From an uncultured Spirochaetales bacterium (GTDB taxonomy: Bacteria; Spirochaetota; Spirochaetia; SZUA-6; CAVTHK01): a DNA stretch of 64,000 nt. The notes beneath the pieces are model-generated. The model ran no database searches, had not been told where the DNA came from, and saw nothing but the letters and a program-made list of their open reading frames with translations. Shown here in pieces: positions 48,597 through 56,236 of the stretch (positions are counted from its first letter, which is position 1; each line of letters starts with the position of its first letter). The stretch covers positions 42,849-106,848 of the forward strand of contig CAZKGO010000001.1 of the NCBI GenBank assembly GCA_964552235.1, read 5' to 3'. A program made the translations under genes and the position numbers.

Positions 48597-49213
48597 ACAA
48601 GACCGCAGTCGCTTTCCTGCTGGCCCTCGCGGCAGCCGCCGCGGCGCAGGAGCGGCCGGACGCGCTGCGCCTGTACCGCGAAGGCCGCTACGAGGAGGCG
48701 GTGCAGATCTGCCTGAGCGAGCTGCAGGAGATGCCCCGCAACATGGACTCGTTCACCGTCATGGGCTGGAGCCTGCTCGCGCTCAATCGCTTCGAGGAGG
48801 CGTACAACCAGGCGCGCAAGGCGCTGGAAATCGCCCCCTACGATCAGCGCCTCGTGCAGATCGCCGGTGAGGCGCTGTTCAACCTCGGCAAGAACCGCGA
48901 GGCGCTCGGCTACTTCGAGCAGTACGTGACGCTGGCCCCCACCGGCGGGCGGGTCGCCGCGGTCTACTCGCTCATGGGCGAGATCTTCATCCGCCTCGGC
49001 CAGTACAACAACGCCGACATCGCCTTCTCGACGGCGCTGCACTTCGAAGGGCAGAACGCCCGCTGGTGGGCACGGCTCGGCTATGCCCGCGAGACCGGCG
49101 GGGACCTGTCCAACGCCCAGGCCGCCTACGAGAACGCGCTCAAGCTCAACTCCGGCCTCACGGAAGCGCAGCGGGGCCTGGAGAGCGTCAAGAAGAAGAT
49201 CACGGGCGGGTGA
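48593..49213 (+). CDS. Secreted TPR-repeat protein
   Basis: Signal peptide (FLLALAAAAAAQE) and four or five TPR units. Its GTG overlaps the bactofilin stop (GTGA). Confidence 0.7.
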   Translation: MNKTAVAFLLALAAAAAAQERPDALRLYREGRYEEAVQICLSELQEMPRNMDSFTVMGWSLLALNRFEEAYNQARKALEIAPYDQRLVQIAGEALFNLGKNREALGYFEQYVTLAPTGGRVAAVYSLMGEIFIRLGQYNNADIAFSTALHFEGQNARWWARLGYARETGGDLSNAQAAYENALKLNSGLTEAQRGLESVKKKITGG

Positions 49214-49265
49214 GCGCACGGCCCCCCGAGGTGAAGGTCGCTTGCCCCTGCTTTTCCCCGTTGCC

Positions 49266-50375
49266 TTGAGGCGGCGCTGTCGCGTCGCCTCATGTGCCGC
49301 CGTCTGTCTGGCGGTGCTCGCCGCGGAGCCCGCGGCTGCCTTTGACGCGCTCGTGCGGCCGGTTCTGCCTTCGCTCGGCGCCCAGGGGCGCTCCGGCGTC
49401 GCGGCTGCTCAAGGCTTCGAGACCTTCTTCGTCAATCCCGCAGGGTTCCGTTCGCCGGACGGGGAGGTGACCGTGCTGTCCCTCGCGCCGTGGCTCGAGA
49501 GCGGCGTCGCCCTCGGGCGGGGCCTGGAGTCGATGCTGATCGATCAGGCGCAGGACGGCGGTGTGCGTTTCGGCGGCTCGATCGGCATCGGCTACGTGGG
49601 CCGCGGACTGGGTCTCGGCGTGCTGTTCACCGCAGGCGCGCAGATCGAGGGAGAGCCGGATCTGGCGGGGGAGGCGGGCTTCCAGCTCGCCCTCGCCGGC
49701 GGCTACTCCTACGGTTGGCGCGTGCTCGGCGCCGACGTGGCGTTCGGGGCCTGCGTGCGGCCGCTGCTGCAGGTCGACGTGCCTCTGGACGACGAAGGGG
49801 CGCGGGAGGTGATCCACGCGGCCGCCGTGGGCGGCTGGCCTCTGTTCAGCGCCCTGTGGCTGCAGGAGGCCTGCTACGGGGTGGGCGTGGCCCTCGACAT
49901 GGGAGTGCTCGTCGAGGTCGGGCCGTGGCGGGTGGGCGCCGCCGCGACCGACGTCGGCGACACGATCGTCAGCTGTTCCCGCGCCCGCTTCGGTGAGGTC
50001 GTAAAGCGCGTCGCTTCGCTGCAAGGCCTGCCTGAGGGCAGCTCGACGGACGTGACCCTCACGGTTCCCATGCAGCTTTGCGCGGGGGCGGCCTACGCAG
50101 CCTCTGAAGCGCTGCTGCTGCACGCGGACATCGCCGACCTGGTCTCGCTCGGGCGGGGCGAAGCGGACCTGGTCGAGAGCCTCCGGGTCGGACTCCGGCT
50201 CGCCATCGGCGGCAAGGGCCGGCTCTGGCTCGGGATGGAGGGGACGGCCCTGTCGGCCGGGGCAGGCTGGCGGTCCGGTCCCCTGCATACGAGCGTGGCG
50301 GTCTACGGCTTGGACCTGCGCCCCGGCTCCGACACCGTCATGGGCATCGCCGCGGAAACCGCCATCCGCTTCTGA
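49266..50375 (+). CDS. Putative outer-membrane beta-barrel protein, 'NPAG' family (paralogue A)
   Basis: The TTG start gives a signal-like LRRRCRVASCAAVCLAVLAAEPAAA. The N-terminal motif is GVAAAQGFETFFVNPAGF, alternating Gly/aromatic strands follow, and the C-terminus ends ...AIRF. Confidence 0.55.
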   Translation: MRRRCRVASCAAVCLAVLAAEPAAAFDALVRPVLPSLGAQGRSGVAAAQGFETFFVNPAGFRSPDGEVTVLSLAPWLESGVALGRGLESMLIDQAQDGGVRFGGSIGIGYVGRGLGLGVLFTAGAQIEGEPDLAGEAGFQLALAGGYSYGWRVLGADVAFGACVRPLLQVDVPLDDEGAREVIHAAAVGGWPLFSALWLQEACYGVGVALDMGVLVEVGPWRVGAAATDVGDTIVSCSRARFGEVVKRVASLQGLPEGSSTDVTLTVPMQLCAGAAYAASEALLLHADIADLVSLGRGEADLVESLRVGLRLAIGGKGRLWLGMEGTALSAGAGWRSGPLHTSVAVYGLDLRPGSDTVMGIAAETAIRF

Positions 50376-50443
50376 GGCCGGCGCGCCGTTCGTGCTCGAA
50401 GCCGTTTCTGCCGACGTGATATAGTGTGGGACGGAGGCACGAC

Positions 50444-51100
50444 ATGAAGAGCCTGCGCGCGCTCGCGGCCGCTGCCGCGGCTCTGGCGCTGCTCGCCGGC
50501 TGCGACGTGATCTTCACGGCCAGCCCTCTCTCGTTTCTCCAGCGCGATCCCGATGACATGACGCCTGAGCAGCGGACCAGGTTCGCCGAGGACGCTCTCG
50601 CCAGCGGCGACCCGGATGCGATCGAGACGGCCTACGACGCGATCAAGGACGATGCGGCGGCGTCGACGGACGGCGACCTTCAACTGCTCGCCGCGCAGCT
50701 CGCGCTGGAGCTGGCCGGCATCGGCGACGTCCTGGACGACCTGGTGAACCTCGACTTCGAGGGAGACTGGGCCGCGAACAGGGACTGCATCAACGGCCTG
50801 ATCGACGGCATGAACGGCGCCTATCTGGGGGCATCGGCCGGTTTCTACCTGCAGGCCGACGGCAACGGCGGGGACCTCGCGGGCGCCGACTACATCCTCG
50901 GCGCCCTGGCGATCCTCGCGGACTCGGCGATCGTCGACGGCGCGGGCGACGTCGACAACCTGGACTCGAGCTCGCCCGGGGTCGTGGACGCGATCGCCTT
51001 TCTCACAAGCGGCCAGAGCGCCCTGGGGGCCGATGACGCCTCGTACGAGCTGATCACGAGCTTTCTCGGATTCCTGAACGACACGTCCAATTTTCCGTAG
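50444..51100 (+). CDS. Hyper-acidic lipoprotein
   Basis: ATG follows GGAGG, and the lipobox is LALLAGC. By hand count the mature part has about 31 Asp and 6 Glu against 5 Lys/Arg. TGATATAGT (extended -10, 50417-50425) lies upstream. Confidence 0.65.
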   Translation: MKSLRALAAAAAALALLAGCDVIFTASPLSFLQRDPDDMTPEQRTRFAEDALASGDPDAIETAYDAIKDDAAASTDGDLQLLAAQLALELAGIGDVLDDLVNLDFEGDWAANRDCINGLIDGMNGAYLGASAGFYLQADGNGGDLAGADYILGALAILADSAIVDGAGDVDNLDSSSPGVVDAIAFLTSGQSALGADDASYELITSFLGFLNDTSNFP

Positions 51101-51107
51101 AAGAGCG

Positions 51108-52292
51108 ATGATGAGCATGCACGGGACTCGACGTCGGGCCGCAATCCTGCTGCTCGCCCTGACTGGCCTCGTCGGCGGGGCCCTGGACTGGGAGCAGCGC
51201 CGGCTGCCCCCCTCGGCGAGAGCCGCGGCGCTGGGGGGCATGCACGCGGCGCTCACCGACGAGCTGTACACCATATTCGCGAACCCCGCAGGGCTGCGAG
51301 GGCTGGAGCGCGAGATCCAGGTCTCGGAATTGACCCTGGGTCTCTCCGGCCCGATCTTCGACATGACCGGGGTCGTGGTGCGCGGCGTGGCAGGGGAGGA
51401 CGTCAACGACATCCTTCTCGACCCGGACGTGCAGGACCTCCTGACGGGTCTGCACGCGGGATTGACCGTGTGCGGCCCCCTCGCCTTCGCGTACGCCGGC
51501 GGCGGCCTCGGCTTCGGCTTCTACAACTGGTTCGACCTCAGCTTCGATTCGGCCACCTCCGCGGCCATCGACAACCTCATCTCCGAGAACTTTCTCGTCA
51601 CGGGCGGCTACTCGCTGCGGGTGCCGCTGCCGCAGTCGCTCGGCGGGACGCTCGACGTCGGAGGCATGATCAAGACCTCGATCCGCGGCGAAGCGAGGAC
51701 CACCAAGAACCTCCTCGAGATCGTTGACCTCTACTCCGATCCGAGCTCGCTGCTCTCGAGCGAGCCCTACGTCCTCAGCCTCTCCGTCGGCATCGATCTC
51801 GGCATCCTCTACAGGCACGGCAGCGCGTGGGCGGTGGGGCTGGTGGCGCGAGACGCCTTTTCGCCGACCCGCCGCAGCACCTACGCATCCTTCGAGGACT
51901 TCCTGGATTCCGTCGATCCGACTTCCGTGGACAACGCCCGCGTGCGGCCCGACGTCTCCATTGGAGCGCGCTGGAGCCCGAGGATCGTGGCGATCGAGCG
52001 GATCGTCAACCGTTTCCAGGTCGTCGTCGACTACAGGGACATCTTCGACTTCGCGATCGATCCGGCCGAAGCCCGCAACCCGGTCCTGCACGTGTCGCTC
52101 GGCGCGGAGGCCGTGATGCTGCAGATCCTCTCGCTGCGCGTCGGTTTCGGAGAGGGTCTGTTCTCGGCGGGGCTGGAGCTGGACCTCGCGTTCATGGATG
52201 TGAGCCTGTCAATGTTCGGCACCGAGCTCTCGTCGCAGCCTGGTGTGCGGCCCACGTACAACCTGATTCTGGGCGTGCGCTTCACGATCTAG
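51108..52292 (+). CDS. Putative outer-membrane beta-barrel protein, 'NPAG' family (paralogue B)
   Basis: A signal peptide and SARAAALGGMHAALTDELYTIFANPAGLRGLE are present. The composition is beta-strand-rich and the sequence ends ...GVRFTI. Confidence 0.6.
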   Translation: MMSMHGTRRRAAILLLALTGLVGGALDWEQRRLPPSARAAALGGMHAALTDELYTIFANPAGLRGLEREIQVSELTLGLSGPIFDMTGVVVRGVAGEDVNDILLDPDVQDLLTGLHAGLTVCGPLAFAYAGGGLGFGFYNWFDLSFDSATSAAIDNLISENFLVTGGYSLRVPLPQSLGGTLDVGGMIKTSIRGEARTTKNLLEIVDLYSDPSSLLSSEPYVLSLSVGIDLGILYRHGSAWAVGLVARDAFSPTRRSTYASFEDFLDSVDPTSVDNARVRPDVSIGARWSPRIVAIERIVNRFQVVVDYRDIFDFAIDPAEARNPVLHVSLGAEAVMLQILSLRVGFGEGLFSAGLELDLAFMDVSLSMFGTELSSQPGVRPTYNLILGVRFTI

Positions 52293-52345
52293 CGCGCAGG
52301 GGCCTGCGCTCGGGGCCGCGGTCCCCGGCCTGCGAGCCGCTCGTG

Positions 52346-52375
52346 TTGACACCTGCGCGGGGCCGTGGCTATATA
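52346..52375 (+). promoter_or_regulatory. sigma70-type promoter for tRNA-Lys
   Basis: TTGACA (52346-52351), an 18-nt spacer, then TATATA (52370-52375). The tRNA starts at 52390. Confidence 0.6.
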
Positions 52376-52389
52376 GCCGTTGTCCCTTC

Positions 52390-52462
52390 GGGCCGCTAGC
52401 TCAGGTGGTAGAGCAACGCCCTTTTAAGGCGTGGGTCGCTGGTTCGAGTCCAGCGCGGCTCA
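52390..52462 (+). tRNA. tRNA-Lys (anticodon UUU); CCA not encoded
   Basis: Hand-folded cloverleaf: acceptor GGGCCGC/GCGGCTC and D-arm GCTC-AGGTGGTA-GAGC. Anticodon stem ACGCC/GGCGT with loop CTTTTAA, and T-arm GCTGG-TTCGAGT-CCAGC. Confidence 0.92.
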
Positions 52463-52575
52463 TCAGTAAGGCCAGTTGGGGCAGCAATTTGCCTTGACCG
52501 GCTTGCGTGTCGCCTCCGCCGCCGTTGTCCAGCGCGGCGCGGCCGGCCGTGCCGTCCTCCATCGGGGCGCGGCGC

Positions 52576-53028
52576 TCAGCGATCCTCCGCCGCGTCTGCC
52601 CCCGAGCGCAGTCGCCACTGCTCGACAAAGCCGGGCCGGGCGGGTTCCAGCCGTGGATCGGGTCCGCGAAGCCGAAGGTTTTCGAGGTGGAACCGCGCGG
52701 CCCGCCCGGCTGCGCTGACGCTCAAACGGTAGCAGCGGTATTCAGGTTCGTCCACCTGGTGTCCATGCTCGACCAGGCCCGTGAGGCAGTCGTTCGGCCC
52801 GATCGTGGCGTCGCGCAGGAACGCCGGCAGCTGTCTGTCCGCGGGGCCCTGGCCGGCCGCCCTTTGGCTGTACTGAGTCGACTCTTTGGCCGACACCAGC
52901 GGGACAGGGATCCAGCGGCGGGAGTCGTTCGATCCGTGGAAGTCTACCATGCCCTCCTGGAACATGAGCGGGGCGCTGGACCTGTTCGCGATCCTGATCG
53001 AGAAGGCTGTCGCGGCATCGGAGTACAT
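52576..53028 (-). CDS. Hypothetical protein (orphan, no recognised motif)
   Basis: 150-aa ORF with non-shadow-like composition (mixed residues, not Arg/Gly/Pro-dominated). No signal peptide and no family recognised. Confidence 0.4.
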   Translation of the reverse strand: MYSDAATAFSIRIANRSSAPLMFQEGMVDFHGSNDSRRWIPVPLVSAKESTQYSQRAAGQGPADRQLPAFLRDATIGPNDCLTGLVEHGHQVDEPEYRCYRLSVSAAGRAARFHLENLRLRGPDPRLEPARPGFVEQWRLRSGADAAEDR

Positions 53029-53338
53029 GAGTCTGTCCAGCCTCCCGACCGGCGGATTACACTTTTCTCACTTATTGGTCTTTATGGAGCCATCATGACA
53101 GCAGTCGCTGCAGATTGCCAGGTTCGGACGCGACTCACCCAAAGGAGGGCTCGGTCGAGGCGAGCGTCTCAACGCTGGTGGAACTCACCGCCGGCATGAC
53201 CGGCACTCGCGCAACGGCGCGCCTTGCTGTATTGTCGGCCCGAAGCGTGGGTCGCCTGTCCGGCTCCGCCGCGGTTCGCTGCTGTGCCCTGCAACCGGAC
53301 CGGGGCTCCCATGGTCCTGATGCCGGAGGGGGAACGGG

Positions 53339-53560
53339 GTGCCCGCAGGCTCACTGGCGAGGATCACTGACCTGAGTCCCGTGGCCCAGATCCTCCTGGC
53401 CGTGTCGCTGTTCGTCGGCGGGGCGCTGGCGCTGTTCTTCCTCTTTGCCAAGGGGATGGGCGAAGCCGTGTTGATCGGCATCGTGCCGGCCGCCGCCGGG
53501 GCCGGGATCGTGGTCTACCAGCGGCTCGCCGGAGGCACGCGCGATCGTGGCGGATCCTGA
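53339..53560 (+). CDS. Small two-TM membrane protein upstream of the ECF sigma locus
   Basis: GTG follows GGAGGGGG. Two hydrophobic helices are present (ILLAVSLFVGGALALFFLF, VLIGIVPAAAGAGIVVY). Confidence 0.35.
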   Translation: MPAGSLARITDLSPVAQILLAVSLFVGGALALFFLFAKGMGEAVLIGIVPAAAGAGIVVYQRLAGGTRDRGGS

Positions 53561-54129
53561 CGACAACGCGCTGGTCCTGCGGGTCACGGCGGGGGGATCA
53601 AGCGGCGTTCAGGATCATCGTCGAGCGGCACCAGGCGCGGATCTTCTCCCTCGGGCTGCAGTTCCTGCGCAGCATGGAGGACGCCGAGGACTGCGCGCAG
53701 GAGGTGTTCCTGCGCGCCTGTCGCAGGATCGAGTCGCTCCGCGGCCAGGTTCCGTCCGCGGCCTGGTTGTAGCGGCAAGCCTTCAGCTTGGCGGTCAACC
53801 GCTACCACGTGAACCGCCGGCTGCTGAGAGAGGCGAGTTGGGACGGCGCGGCCCTGCCCACACGCGAGCCCACCCCCGAAGCGCAGCTGCTCGAGGCCGA
53901 GGCCGCGGCAGAGGTCCGGCGGGTGCTGGGCCGGCTGCCCGCGGCCTACAACATCGTCACCCGCATGCACTTTTTCGACGGAATGAGCTACCCCGAGACA
54001 TCGCGTGCCACGGGCTTACCCGTGAACACGATCAAGTCCCACGTGCTCCGCGCCAAGCGGATGCTGCGCAAGCGCCCGGCGGCAGCCCGCCGCGCCGGCG
54101 GGGCCGGACCTCAGGAGGTGTCGGCGTGA
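53547..54129 (+). pseudogene. ECF (group IV) sigma-70 factor disrupted by a frameshift and an amber codon
   Basis: The N-terminus VADPDDNALVLRVTAGG is in frame 0. After the G6 run (53591-53596) the sigma sequence continues in frame +1 (DQAAFRIIVERHQ...DAEDCAQEVFLRA...AAWL). TAG at 53770-53772 replaces the conserved Tyr of WLY, and region 4 follows (MSYPETSRATGLPVNTIKSHVLRAKRML). Confidence 0.65.
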
Positions 54130-54515
54130 ACCCGAAAGAGCAGATCGATCCCGTGCTCAGCGCCACCCAGTTCCCGGGCGAGGAGGAAGGCCTGATCCGG
54201 GCCTGGCTCGAGAGCCGGGACTTTGCCGGCTCCGTGGTGCGCGAGAGCGGCCGCCTGCGGGCGATCTCTCACCGGAGCGTCCTCTGGGCCTTGGCGGCGG
54301 CGGCGGTCGTCGCCGCCGGCATCCTCGCCGGCAGCTCGCCGCTGTTCGAGGCGGTCGGCGCACCGCTGTCGACCTTCGCTTTTCTGCTGTTCGGCGTCGT
54401 GGCCACGGTTAGCCTGGCAGGCCTGTTGTCGACCTTGCACCCCCCGTGGCGGTGGGACCCACAGGCGCGGCCGCCGCAGCATCGACCCGGCGCCCCGGCT
54501 CAGAGGCGGCCATAG
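54126..54515 (+). CDS. Putative membrane-anchored anti-sigma-like protein
   Basis: Its GTG overlaps the sigma stop (GTGA). A short cytoplasmic segment is followed by two TM helices. The call rests on position only. Confidence 0.4.
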   Translation: MNPKEQIDPVLSATQFPGEEEGLIRAWLESRDFAGSVVRESGRLRAISHRSVLWALAAAAVVAAGILAGSSPLFEAVGAPLSTFAFLLFGVVATVSLAGLLSTLHPPWRWDPQARPPQHRPGAPAQRRP

Positions 54516-55372
54516 TAGGAGATGCGGTAATCCCCGCGGATGACGAAGCCGAGCCCGAGGTAGAGCCGGATCGCCGGCGCGTTGTCCTTTTTCACGAACA
54601 GGCAGGCGTGGGCCTTGTCGTGTCGGATCTCCTCGATCAGCGCCGTCATCACGACCCGCGAGACGCCGCGGTGCCGCAGATCGGGACGGGTGAACACCCC
54701 GCCGATCTGGTCGGTAGTGAACCCCCGGGCGTTGGTGCCGGCCTTGGCCACCGGGGTGCCTCCGAGCTCGGCCACGTACGTCAGCTCCGCTCTCAGGTTC
54801 CTGCGCAGCAGGCTGCGGCACCTGCGGTCGTCGAACTGCCGTGGGTCGAGATAGACCTCTTCGATCTCGTAGGCTCGCTGCAGGGGAAAGATGCTGTCGG
54901 TGTCCTCGGGAAAGGCCTTGCGCACGGAAAGGCCGCGCGGCGGCTCCACGTGCGCGGGCCGCCAGGAGCCGAGATCGAGGTGCATCATGTGGTAGTCGAT
55001 CGAGGCGAACGGCCGCCTGCGCAGCGCCTGTTCGGTGGCGAGCACGCAGGGCCGCATCCCCATCACCGAGTGGACGCGGGGGCGGAACCGATCGAACAGG
55101 ACCGCGGGCCTGCCGCCCGCAGGCAGCACCAGATCTCTGTCGCCGTCGAGAACCGGAAGGGCGACGCCCGAACGGCTGAGCATGAGCGCGGAGCTCACCA
55201 GCGGGTGCTGCGATCCTCGTTCGAGCCGCACGAGCGTGACGCCCGAGTCGGCGCTGCGCGGCGATTCCTGCTCGGCGCGCAGGCGGGCCGAGAACGAGAC
55301 GCACCGCCACTCATCGCGGCTCGCAAAGGCGACAAGGGGTGCCTGCTCGTTCCTGCCCGCCACCTGCCACAC
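54500..55372 (-). CDS. GNAT-family N-acetyltransferase with an N-terminal extra domain
   Basis: The C-terminal acetyl-CoA-binding pattern VFTRPDLRHRGVSRVVMTALI...LFVKKDNAPAIRLYLGLGF is present. Confidence 0.72.
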   Translation of the reverse strand: MWQVAGRNEQAPLVAFASRDEWRCVSFSARLRAEQESPRSADSGVTLVRLERGSQHPLVSSALMLSRSGVALPVLDGDRDLVLPAGGRPAVLFDRFRPRVHSVMGMRPCVLATEQALRRRPFASIDYHMMHLDLGSWRPAHVEPPRGLSVRKAFPEDTDSIFPLQRAYEIEEVYLDPRQFDDRRCRSLLRRNLRAELTYVAELGGTPVAKAGTNARGFTTDQIGGVFTRPDLRHRGVSRVVMTALIEEIRHDKAHACLFVKKDNAPAIRLYLGLGFVIRGDYRISYYGRL

Positions 55373-55385
55373 CGGTCGACGCTCC

Positions 55386-56222
55386 TCAGTACATCAGGGT
55401 CCAGCCGTCGCTCGCGTACTTGTCCGCGGCCAGGCTCCGGGCGAGGGCTTCCTCCTCCGGGCTCAGGGCCGAGGTCTCAGTGCCGACCCTCCGCGCAAAG
55501 ACCTCGGCAAAGACCGCGGCCGCTTCCTCGAGCGACACCGGGCGGCCGATCTCCTCGCCGATCGAAGCGGGAGTCCGCCCGCTGCCGCCTGGATTCGAGC
55601 GCAGGTAGGCGGATATGCGCCGGAACGACCCGTCGAGGGGGATCGAGCCGTGCTGGAGACAGGCGCGGCGCGTCGTCGCCTGGGCGCTGCCGATGAGCTT
55701 GCGCCCGTCGGCGGTGGCCAGCTCGTACTCGCCGGTCGTGGCGAAGCAGTCGGGGTTGCGCGGGCTGCCGCTGCGCTGCAGGGTGAACGCCGCGCGGATG
55801 CCGAAGCGAGCCAGGCCCTCGGCCAGAACCTCCGAGACGAAGCGGTAGACTTCGCGCTTGCGCAAGTCGCGCACGCGGCCGCGGGGAAGAACCACGGAGT
55901 AGGTGAGCTCGTTGTCGTGAAGGACCGCCTGGCCGCCGGTGGGACGGCGCACGACCGCGAGCCCATCGCGGCGGGCGGCTTCGATGTCCACGCTCGCGGC
56001 GGGCTGGAAGCGGCCCAGCGACAGCGTCGCCGGCCGGAACGCGTAGAACCGCACGACCGGCCGCGCGCTGCGCTCGCTCAGCGCCTCGTCGCGGGCCATG
56101 TTCAGCGGCCCGTCGGTCCCGCCGTCGATGATGAGCCGAAACGGCCCGTCGTGGACCAGATCCAACAGCCCCCAACTCCCCTGCGCCGAGCGACGCGCGC
56201 TTGATTCGTCGCCACAATACAT
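55386..56222 (-). CDS. lplA: Lipoate-protein ligase / octanoyltransferase family protein (BPL_LplA_LipB)
   Basis: NMARDEAL, RRPTGGQAVLHDNELTYS and GRKLIGSAQ (catalytic Lys context) are present. An alternative TTG start at 56165 follows GGGGAG. Confidence 0.8.
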   Translation of the reverse strand: MYCGDESSARRSAQGSWGLLDLVHDGPFRLIIDGGTDGPLNMARDEALSERSARPVVRFYAFRPATLSLGRFQPAASVDIEAARRDGLAVVRRPTGGQAVLHDNELTYSVVLPRGRVRDLRKREVYRFVSEVLAEGLARFGIRAAFTLQRSGSPRNPDCFATTGEYELATADGRKLIGSAQATTRRACLQHGSIPLDGSFRRISAYLRSNPGGSGRTPASIGEEIGRPVSLEEAAAVFAEVFARRVGTETSALSPEEEALARSLAADKYASDGWTLMY

Positions 56223-56229
56223 CTAAATT
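56201..56229 (+). promoter_or_regulatory. sigma70-type promoter, leaderless configuration (transglutaminase-like gene)
   Basis: TTGATT (56201-56206), a 17-nt spacer, TAAATT (56224-56229), 7 nt, then ATG (56237). The ORF track's TTG 'start' at 56201 is the -35 box. Confidence 0.55.
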
Positions 56230-56236
56230 CCCGGCG

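Noticed and set aside
53115-53375. 86-aa plus-strand ORF and overlapping minus-strand ORFs (53169-53354, 53185-53481) in the gap upstream of the ECF locus
   Set aside because: They overlap each other, have no SD or motif support, and their composition is not convincingly coding.
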